Source of the DNA: a virus
IMG/VR virus record: IMGVR_UViG_3300036832_000548
Coordinates: 18,592 to 82,591 of that record
Reading direction: 5' to 3' (one strand)
DNA: 64,000 bases
Positions 56,360 to 64,000 of this stretch are shown here, piece after piece. A model generated the notes under the pieces. That model saw nothing but the letters and a program-made list of their open reading frames with translations. It searched no databases and was not told the origin of the DNA. How positions within the stretch are numbered: position 1 is the stretch's first letter; every line of letters starts with the position of its first letter. A program made the translations under genes and the position numbers.

Positions 56360-56995
56360 ATGTCCTCGATTTATTCAGCGGGATCGGCGGCTTCTCACTC
56401 GGACTCGAACGGGCCGGAATGCGAACTACCGCTTTTTGCGAGTCTGATGCGTTCTGCCGGCGCGTCCTCGCCAAGCACTGGCCCGACATCCTCTGCTACG
56501 ACGATGTCACAACTCTCACTGCCGCTCGACTTAGCGCCGATGGCATTGACAGCATTGATCTCATCTGCGGCGGATTTCCCTGCCAAGACATCTCCGTTGC
56601 CGGCAAAGGCGCAGGACTTGCTGGCGAGCGATCGGGCCTATGGCTCGAGTTCGCGCGAATTGTTGGCGAGCTACGACCCCGTTACGTCATCGTGGAGAAC
56701 GTCGCAGCTCTGCTTGGACGGGGACTATCAACAATTCTCGGAGACCTGGCCGCGCTCGGGTTTGATGCGGAATGTGGGTCGAGTGGTTGATGGGCCTGCC
56801 GCTCGAGTGGACCGTCGTAAGCGGCTCATCGCGCTTGGAAACGGACTCGTCCCGCAAATCCCGGAAATCATTGGACGCGCCATAATGGATGCTGAGCGCC
56901 CATACGACTTGCACGATGACATCAACAAGTCGCTGAAGGTTTGTTACGACGAGATCAAGGCGCGGCAGGCTGCGGGCGGTCCCGGCTGGCCATGA
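56356..56995 (+). pseudogene. C5-cytosine methyltransferase split over two frames with an apparent internal deletion
   Basis: Motifs I (DLFSGIGG), IV (GFPCQD) and VI (ENV) in 56356-56790; motif X (LGNGLVPQI) in the +1 frame; motif VIII and TRD absent. Confidence 0.7.
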
Positions 56996-57408
56996 GCGCG
57001 CTGCAACAAAAAGATCTTTTCACTAAACGCTGGCGGCATGTTCGCGAGCTGGACCCGTATGAAGATCAGATACAGGAAGCCCTGGTTGCGCAATTGCAAT
57101 GGGGCAAGCTGCGCGCCGGCGTGGTGTTCTTTCATGTTCCCAATGGCGGCAAGCGCGATAAGCGCACTGCTGCCAAGCTGAAACGTATGGGAGTGTTGCC
57201 GGGTGTCGCTGATCTAATATTTCTGTGGGCAACCGGCATGATCCCGCGCGTGTTATTTCTTGAGCTGAAGGCCAAGGGCGAAGGTTTATCGAAGGAACAG
57301 AGACTGTTCCGCGACAATGTGAAGACGGTGCGGTGCTACTTTGAGTGCGCTGACAACATCGATGACGCGCTGACGATTCTGGATAGATACAAGTTGCTGC
57401 GTGGTTGA
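56992..57408 (+). CDS. VRR-NUC domain nuclease
   Basis: EDQIQ..FHVPNGG..GVLPGVADL..LELK..LSKEQ. Confidence 0.88.
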   Translation: MSALQQKDLFTKRWRHVRELDPYEDQIQEALVAQLQWGKLRAGVVFFHVPNGGKRDKRTAAKLKRMGVLPGVADLIFLWATGMIPRVLFLELKAKGEGLSKEQRLFRDNVKTVRCYFECADNIDDALTILDRYKLLRG

Positions 57409-57414
57409 GCGGAG

Positions 57415-58998
57415 TTGCAAAACAATGAGGCGGTTGTGGTCGAGGAACACATCGGCGGTGTGGACGAGCACACGTCTGAGGAGACGACGGTTGGCGAAAC
57501 CTATCAGCGGGCATTTTCATCGATAGGCCGAACGATCTCTCTCGCGGACGGATTCGAGGCGAAGCTTGCAGCTTGGCGCAACGGGCTGCATGAGGCGCTG
57601 GTCTATTGGCATGGCATCGAGCGTCCCGACATATTTGATGAATGCTATCGGCTGGCGGAAGCATATGGTCTGGTCGATCAATTTGGCGACGAGAAGATTC
57701 AAGAGACTCTAGCGGCGGAAGCGCAGACGGCCAAGAAGCCGCAACAGACCAACGGCAAATATGCTGACGAGGAGGTGCCGCACACGCAAGCGCAGGCTGC
57801 GCCTGTTGTGCCGCATCCCACGTTCTACGTTGCGCCGGACGAGGCGAGCATTCCGCAGCGGGCTTGGTTGCTGGGCGGGCACTACATACGGCAGGCGGCG
57901 ACGGCGACGGTTGCACCGGGCGGCTGGGGCAAGACCACGCTGACCTTGTACGAGGCGATCACCATGGTCGCTGCTGGGTTGGCGGTCTGGTACTTGAGCG
58001 GGGAGGACCCGCGCGTGGAGATCGACCGGCGCATTGCGGCGCACTGCCGCCAGCACGGCATCACCTTGAGTGAACTGCCGGGGAAACTATTCGTGGACGA
58101 CCGCTCGTCGTTTCCCATGTTCATTGCCAAGAGTCCGCGAGCTGCAGCGGTGACGTTCGATGACAAATCGCTCGAGCAATTTGAGCACGCGATTGTTATG
58201 GCTGAGATCGATGTCGTGATGCTCGATCCGTTCGTGTCGTTTCATTCCGTGCCTGAGAACGACAACGGCTGCGTCGATGCCGTGGTCAAGCGGATCGCCG
58301 CCATTGCGCAGCGCACCAACTCCTGCATCGAGATTTCGCATCATGTTCGCAAGATGATGATGGGCTTCCATCAATCGATCACGGTGGACGACAGCCGCGG
58401 CGGCGGTGCGATCATCAATGCGGTGAGATCGGGGCGCGTGATCAATCGCATGAACAGTACGGAAGCTGATCAGGCGCACATCGATCCCGATCAGCGGCAT
58501 TTTTACCTGCGGGTCGACAAGGGCAAGCGCAACATGGCCCCGCCTGACAAGGCGGTTTGGTACGAGCTCAAGAGCGTCGAGCTGGCCAACGGCGATCACG
58601 TTCAGGCGCTGGCAACGTGGGACTTTCCCAAGGTGCTGGACAACGTGTCGATTGAGGACACGGACTGGGTGCGCGATCTGGTGCGGCGCAAGGCCTATCG
58701 CGTGGATACGCGGTCATCGCGTTGGCTGGGCTTGGAGTTGGCGCGACGGTTCAAGAAAAATCCGCAGCAAAAGGCTGACATTAGCTGGATGAACAAGTTG
58801 ATAGGCATCTGGCTGATAGCTGATCCGCCGCCGTTCAAGAAAATGGAGATGCGCGACCAGGACGAGCGCAAGAAGCGGATGTTTTATGTCTCGCTCGATG
58901 CCAAGGGCGACACGCCATATGAGAGTGCTGGCAATGTGGTAGAACTGTTCCCGCATCCGCGCGGTGACGTTGATGATGATGGCAATGGCGATCACTGA
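57415..58998 (+). CDS. AAA_25/RepA-like replicative helicase (primase-helicase)
   Basis: Walker A APGGWGKT; Walker B VVMLDP; ENDN; HHVRK; DSRGG. Confidence 0.88.
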   Translation: MQNNEAVVVEEHIGGVDEHTSEETTVGETYQRAFSSIGRTISLADGFEAKLAAWRNGLHEALVYWHGIERPDIFDECYRLAEAYGLVDQFGDEKIQETLAAEAQTAKKPQQTNGKYADEEVPHTQAQAAPVVPHPTFYVAPDEASIPQRAWLLGGHYIRQAATATVAPGGWGKTTLTLYEAITMVAAGLAVWYLSGEDPRVEIDRRIAAHCRQHGITLSELPGKLFVDDRSSFPMFIAKSPRAAAVTFDDKSLEQFEHAIVMAEIDVVMLDPFVSFHSVPENDNGCVDAVVKRIAAIAQRTNSCIEISHHVRKMMMGFHQSITVDDSRGGGAIINAVRSGRVINRMNSTEADQAHIDPDQRHFYLRVDKGKRNMAPPDKAVWYELKSVELANGDHVQALATWDFPKVLDNVSIEDTDWVRDLVRRKAYRVDTRSSRWLGLELARRFKKNPQQKADISWMNKLIGIWLIADPPPFKKMEMRDQDERKKRMFYVSLDAKGDTPYESAGNVVELFPHPRGDVDDDGNGDH

Positions 58999-59007
58999 GA
59001 GCGCATC

Positions 59008-59217
59008 ATGAGTGACGATGATGATGAGATCACTGAAGAGATGGTCGAGGGCATCTATGCGGAGCATCAGCACAAGATTGAAACTATTTCCGGTTATGCC
59101 GAAGCGTTCCAGCGCCTGTATGAGCTAATGCACAAGGTGATGCTTGGCGAGCAGGTCGATCCCAAGGCCATCAACGAGGCAATGCTAGAATTATTTTTGG
59201 CAACTATGGTTGGTTGA
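59008..59217 (+). CDS. Small acidic hypothetical protein
   Basis: ORF directly after the helicase. Confidence 0.5.
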   Translation: MSDDDDEITEEMVEGIYAEHQHKIETISGYAEAFQRLYELMHKVMLGEQVDPKAINEAMLELFLATMVG

Positions 59218-59473
59218 TTGCATGGCTGACTTGGCGTTCATGTGGCGACCGTTTAAGAGTACGCTGCCGGGAATGAGCGCGTGGGTGACGTTCGCGGGGC
59301 CATTTCAATATGCGGTGGCGAGGGATAGTGCGGGTGCGTGGTTTGCGTCCGTGCGGCTAATGAAGGGCGGCGCTGTGATGACGGACCTGAGTGGCGGCGT
59401 GGCGTTTGAATCGGAAACAGCGGCCAAGAATGCGTGTCGGCGGCACTGGGATGCGAACCGGCTACAGTTCTAG
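59210..59473 (+). CDS. Hypothetical protein
   Basis: AAKNACRRHW C-terminal pattern; operon position. Confidence 0.5.
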   Translation: MVDCMADLAFMWRPFKSTLPGMSAWVTFAGPFQYAVARDSAGAWFASVRLMKGGAVMTDLSGGVAFESETAAKNACRRHWDANRLQF

Positions 59474-59480
59474 TTTCATT

Positions 59481-59816
59481 TCAGTGTTTTGGTCCCAGCG
59501 CACGACAAAGCTTATCGATCAAGTGCGGCGGCGTTTTTGGATGATGCAGCCAATCGCGCACAGCTTTGAGGGTAACGGCAAAATCGTCAGCTGACATCGA
59601 GCCCTTTCTGGTTCGTGTCATTTTCTGCATACGCTTGAGCGCCGCCTTACCATGACAAAACGCTATCAAGCGGCCCGCAGCCAACTCGCCCTGTAGTTCC
59701 TCTGGCGTAAAATTCATCCGTTCAGCGAAATAGCCGAGCGGGAAATATCCTTGCTCTGGTGCCTCAGTGATGATGCGCTCCAATTCAGGACCCGGCTTCA
59801 CTGGTTTGAATTTCAT
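59481..59816 (-). CDS. Hypothetical protein
   Basis: AGGAG RBS. Confidence 0.55.
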   Translation of the reverse strand: MKFKPVKPGPELERIITEAPEQGYFPLGYFAERMNFTPEELQGELAAGRLIAFCHGKAALKRMQKMTRTRKGSMSADDFAVTLKAVRDWLHHPKTPPHLIDKLCRALGPKH

Positions 59817-59822
59817 GGGCTC

Positions 59823-60068
59823 CTAATCGTCCTTGGTCATCATGTGCTCGCAATAATCGCAAAGGCCGTCTCTGGTGCAATCGCACAGATACAATCGCCA
59901 TTCGCTGGCGGCACTATTCCCATCAAGATCGTAATGCTCTGCGGCGAATTGTATGGTTTCGATGGCTTCTTGCTCATCCACGAAGATTGCCTCGCCGCAA
60001 CGCGCGCACTCGATCTTCATCGCGTATTTCGCCCATCGCGCAACATCGTGGTCCGATAGCGTGCCCAT
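59823..60068 (-). CDS. Small Cys-rich protein
   Basis: CARC..CDC..CDYC; GGAG RBS. Confidence 0.5.
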   Translation of the reverse strand: MGTLSDHDVARWAKYAMKIECARCGEAIFVDEQEAIETIQFAAEHYDLDGNSAASEWRLYLCDCTRDGLCDYCEHMMTKDD

Positions 60069-60278
60069 GTTATTGCTCCGGTTGCTTCTTCTATGTGGCT
60101 CAGCGTCCTTGCGGCCAAGTCTCATATTGTTCGATTTGATCAGCAATTTCCCGCACACCTTTGGCCAAGCTGAGCCGCACCGCTTGCGGCAGCTCAGCAA
60201 GAAGTTTGTGACAGTCTTCAGACATCATGATCGCCAAAGGTTCGCTTTGCGGCCCCTTCGATACCGTCAGATAGAAGA

Positions 60279-60698
60279 TCATTGCTGTTCCCTAGCTGCG
60301 AGTGTGGCTTCCTTGGCGGCAAGATCCGTCGCCAACTCCTGCTTGTATGCATTCACTTGCGCGATGAATTTGTCGATGCCTGTGATCTGTTCGCGGATGT
60401 GTTGCATCTGATTGGGATATGGTTCAGGTACATCAGCATAACTTGCGTTCGATATCGTGACATCCATAGATAGCGCAACGTCACCGGGTCCAACGCCGAT
60501 CAGAGCGTCAGCGCCATCGTTGGAAAAATCGATCCAACAACGCGAACCTTCAAGGCGCGCCTCGATGAATTTGTCCACCGCTTCGCAGACGGCGTCATGC
60601 CAAAGCGCATCTGATAATGCTTCTTTGACCGCCTCTGATAGTAGTTTTGCTGTCTCTGGTTTCAGCGTCGGCAATGATCGCTGCATGCGCTCCGACAT
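60279..60698 (-). CDS. Hypothetical protein
   Basis: Tight operon packing. Confidence 0.55.
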   Translation of the reverse strand: MSERMQRSLPTLKPETAKLLSEAVKEALSDALWHDAVCEAVDKFIEARLEGSRCWIDFSNDGADALIGVGPGDVALSMDVTISNASYADVPEPYPNQMQHIREQITGIDKFIAQVNAYKQELATDLAAKEATLAAREQQ

Positions 60699-61022
60699 TT
60701 ATTTCTCCTGCAATTGTTGTTGCCATTTTAAGATCATATCGAAGAAATCACGCAATTGCCGAACTGTGTCCCACTCTAATGTTGTGGTGAGAACTGCATG
60801 GAACGCCCTTTTGGTATCGTCGTTTTCGACGTGAAAAACTCTGTGGTGAATTTTTACGTTGTGCTCGTCATCAACAATGATAGTCAATTCAAAATCATCT
60901 ACTGTTTTCTCTATGAGGCGATTATTGTTTGGATAAAAACCGTCAGCGGATCGCTCGCCACGCTCAGTCAAATCTATTTCTCCAGACAAATCCTCAAAAG
61001 AAATTGTGCATTCTGCTGTCAT
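60699..61022 (-). CDS. Hypothetical protein
   Basis: ATGA overlap. Confidence 0.55.
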   Translation of the reverse strand: MTAECTISFEDLSGEIDLTERGERSADGFYPNNNRLIEKTVDDFELTIIVDDEHNVKIHHRVFHVENDDTKRAFHAVLTTTLEWDTVRQLRDFFDMILKWQQQLQEK

Positions 61023-61546
61023 TGCAGCGTTCCCCGTCTGGGCAGCAGGCCGACAAACCGGCCCTCTGATCTGCTGATGTCATCGTGCAGGATCAGCGGC
61101 CCTAGATACGCGCTGCCACGATTTGGCCGAATGATGTCGCGATGGTAGCTGAGACAGTTGGTGGCATCCTCGGCATGGATCACCACCACCTCGCGTCGAT
61201 TGGGATGATGCTCTAATCCAACCAGTGCGGCCATGTTCGTGACGCTGTCAGCATCCTTCATGCTGGCTTCAACGACCCATGCCTCGTCCACGAAAATGTA
61301 GGCAACCACGTCCCTTTCTTGGAAAATGAAGCGCACGAATTGCGCCTGCAGATCCTTGTTGGGTAGTATGCCGTCGAGCGTAAAGTGCTCGCCGTCTGCC
61401 CGAAACGCGAACCAGACCGGCTCAAGCTGCCCGTGCTTGGAAAATTTTATGTCAGCCGCTCGCGATATCCGCTCAATCGCTTTGCGCAGGTCAAGCATGG
61501 CGGCGGCGGCGGGTTTCATTACGATAGTCCCGCAGCTCAGCGTCAT
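61019..61546 (-). CDS. Conserved phage hypothetical protein
   Basis: YIFVDEAW..HPNRREVV..EGRF motifs. Confidence 0.65.
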   Translation of the reverse strand: MTLSCGTIVMKPAAAAMLDLRKAIERISRAADIKFSKHGQLEPVWFAFRADGEHFTLDGILPNKDLQAQFVRFIFQERDVVAYIFVDEAWVVEASMKDADSVTNMAALVGLEHHPNRREVVVIHAEDATNCLSYHRDIIRPNRGSAYLGPLILHDDISRSEGRFVGLLPRRGTLQ

Positions 61547-61825
61547 GCTCGGCGCGCTCTTGCGGGTTCATGGCGCGCACGCGGCGGCGGTGGCGCCTCG
61601 CAAGCCACTTGTGAATGATATCGTTGTTCACCGCCGTGAAATGCTTGGGCTCGCGCATTGGACGATTATCGTTGTGAATATTCACCTGTCGGCTTCCGTG
61701 CTCTGAGTACGGATCAAGCAATGCATCGATGATCTCCAAGCACTGCTTGACAGTGAGCTGCTGCTCGCTGGCGAGGCTGTGAGCCCCAAACTGGATGTGT
61801 TCTGATGCGTTCACTGGTGTTCCTC

Positions 61826-62077
61826 CTATCTTTGGCCGCGTCGTTGGCGTCGTGCAAGAAAGTGACTGTTACGCCGCACGATGGCTTGCATCTGATCGAG
61901 AGCACCAATCGGAACCTCGCCGCCACGACACACCTTGCCGGTGCGATCACGCCACGCGAGCTTTACCGAAAATGCCGTATTGCTTCCGTCATCCCACGAC
62001 GCAATTCCAAAACGGATTTCCTCATTCGGCTCGCTGGCGTGCCGATAGGCCTCTTTCGCTATTACCTTCATCGACAA
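61826..62077 (-). CDS. Hypothetical protein, first gene of a leftward unit
   Basis: AAGGAG RBS. Confidence 0.55.
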   Translation of the reverse strand: MSMKVIAKEAYRHASEPNEEIRFGIASWDDGSNTAFSVKLAWRDRTGKVCRGGEVPIGALDQMQAIVRRNSHFLARRQRRGQR

Positions 62078-62449
62078 GTCTCCTTCTGTTGAGACTGTCT
62101 TGATACTACGGAGTTAGTGCGCGCTACGATCTATCGTCCGGTATAGATGGCTCCCCGCCGTTTCCGCACCGTCTCGTCACGGCTGACCCCTAACCAGGGC
62201 TTCGAGGGTCATTGACCGGATCAATCGCGCGGGTCCGCACGATCCAAGGGGAGCCTGCCCGTGGCGCGACCTCTGACCCTGCTACGGGAAGGAAAGGTCG
62301 ACACCACGGACAACCCACGCAAGCGTCCTCACTAGAATCGTGGGCGCTCTATCGTGCCCGTGGGCCTCAATTCCTGTCAACCGTTCGTTGCAGATGTGGA
62401 TAATCCGGCCAATCCAGCCCCACCCGTTGATTTTCCTCAAATTTTTCTG

Positions 62450-62824
62450 ACTGGCGCACTGACTGGCGCAGACTGGCGCGTTCGTTGCCCTGAGCAATCA
62501 ATTGCGTTACGCGCGGTAGCGGTGCTCGTCGGTGAGTCGCAGCCCGTTTTTGCCGTTCCGGCACCCTAACCCTCGAAAAAGCTCGAAAATGCTGGATTCA
62601 CAACTGGCGCAACACTGGCGCACGACTGGCGCACCTATTTTTTGAAAGCGCCGCCGTTGTGTTAGAGGGATTGACACAGGCCTACGGCTGCGCCAGTCGT
62701 TAGCCGGGGACCCGCCAGGGCACCCACGGCTAAAACGAACTGGCGCACCCATCCGAAGAGATGGGCTGTGTCGGAATCCCTCCAACACACATAGGCGGTT
62801 CTCACTGGCGCAACACTCGGCGCA
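62450..62824. repeat. Cluster of ACTGGCGCA motifs (iteron-like)
   Basis: Copies at 62450, 62462, 62472 (ACTGGCGCG), 62603, 62614, 62625, 62689 (inverted), 62739, 62804 and a degenerate copy at 62815. Confidence 0.8.
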
Positions 62825-62869
62825 TGTTGAACAACTTGACGGTCATCAAACAGTTTTCTAAAAATCCGC

Positions 62870-63346
62870 ATGCCGTACTGGAGCGTTGCGCAGTGCGAAA
62901 CCCATCGTGAGCCAGTCGCGGCTCAGTTCCTCAAGGCTGGTGGCTTTGAGTGCTATTTCCCACGCATCAAAATCCAGCAACGTGTCGCCCCGTTATTTCC
63001 CGGATACGTCTTCGTTCAAATCGTGGATCGATGGTGGTCAATCTCCAACACCGTGGGCGTCATCCGCTTGCTCAATTCCGGCGATCGACCTGCTCGCCTC
63101 CGTGACGAAATCGTCAACTCCATCAAAGCAAAAGAACGAAACGGCCTTGTGAAATTACCGCAACGCCCTGGTCTCAAAGTAGGCGACAAAATCCGCATCA
63201 TCCGCGGTTCGTTCGAAGGCCACCTCGGCATCTACGCAGGCATGTCAGGCAAAGCCCGCGAACGCATCTTGCTCGAGCTGCTCGGTAGACACGTCACCGT
63301 CGAACTCTCAGCCAAAGACTTCCAACCCCTAAATGTAGCGTCCTGA
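62870..63346 (+). CDS. NusG/RfaH-family transcription antitermination protein
   Basis: PLFPGYVFV NGN motif; GDKIRIIRGSFEG KOW motif. Confidence 0.92.
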   Translation: MPYWSVAQCETHREPVAAQFLKAGGFECYFPRIKIQQRVAPLFPGYVFVQIVDRWWSISNTVGVIRLLNSGDRPARLRDEIVNSIKAKERNGLVKLPQRPGLKVGDKIRIIRGSFEGHLGIYAGMSGKARERILLELLGRHVTVELSAKDFQPLNVAS

Positions 63347-63549
63347 ATATTGCACGACGCCTTTGCTTGATGTAAAAGCCACATCTAAGGCTAATCCGAT
63401 AACTCCAGAATTGCTCACAGCTTTCTCACCAAAATCGAGAGAGCCATCGTGCAGCGCGTTTTTGGCCACGCAACGGAAAGTGCTTCGGCCAAGGCGCAAG
63501 GTCCATCAGCGAGCTGTCGGATTAGCCTCCTAGTCAGCGGAGTCGGACC

Positions 63550-63900
63550 TTGCGCCCCTCCTACCACCAGCGCACCGGTCAATGGCACCACCTCTATGTC
63601 ACTGGCCGCTGGGTCCGTAAAAGGAGGACCCAACTCAAACACCGCCCCCTGTGCGTGATGTGCCTAGCCAAGGGCATCCCAGAACCAGCCACCGTCGCTG
63701 ACCACATCCATCCACACAACGGTGATGAGCACGCGTTCTTCTTTGGTGCCCTGCAGTCCCTTTGCAAACACTGCCACGATCAACGCAAGAAGATCGAAGA
63801 GATCCATGGATACCAGAGCGATGTAGGTGAGGACGGTTGGCCGATCGACCCGCGTCATCCTGCTAACAGACCCAGTACCTTCAAGCCTAAACTCAAATAG
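63550..63900 (+). CDS. Packaging-associated HNH endonuclease
   Basis: PLCVMC..ATVADHIHPH.GD..LQSLCKHCHD..DGWPIDPRHP. Confidence 0.88.
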   Translation: MRPSYHQRTGQWHHLYVTGRWVRKRRTQLKHRPLCVMCLAKGIPEPATVADHIHPHNGDEHAFFFGALQSLCKHCHDQRKKIEEIHGYQSDVGEDGWPIDPRHPANRPSTFKPKLK

Positions 63901-64000
63901 CACTCAGGGTCCCCCCGCGCGGGGATTGGAACTTTAAATCAAATTCAAAAACGGGCCGGGGGGGTGCATCGGAAAAAAAGAGGGCCGCCGCGCTTAAGAC

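Noticed and set aside
1-64000. tRNA or rRNA genes
   Set aside because: No convincing cloverleaf with T-loop and acceptor stem, and no rRNA-like sequence noticed by eye; tRNAscan was not run

Overview
About 64 kb of a temperate-type myovirus genome. A Rhizobiales/Bradyrhizobium-like alphaproteobacterial host is inferred from GC content, gene content and PEPxxWA-CTERM genes. Layout: a minus-strand island of small genes (27-3001); a Mu-like contractile tail and baseplate module with three tandem tape-measure-like paralogues and duplicated tail fibres (3149-33731); lysis and accessory genes including two PEP-CTERM proteins (33.7-43.4 kb); tyrosine integrase and excisionase; a long leftward early operon; cro-like, methyltransferase, VRR-NUC and AAA helicase genes; a NusG paralogue; and a terminal HNH gene. 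The standout feature is an RNA-guided-looking system between YqaJ exonuclease and RecT (50.4-54.4 kb). It has an IS110/Nop-domain protein without RuvC (TasA-like) and 16 doublets (32 units) of stem-enclosed CCA-N9-TGATGCCCA-N9-TG dual-spacer repeats, matching TIGR stem-loop arrays. The arrays are dispersed between and inside genes, preserve reading frame and are translationally coupled to neighbours. A further orphan doublet lies on the opposite strand beside the integrase. All calls come from reading motifs by eye; no database searches were run.
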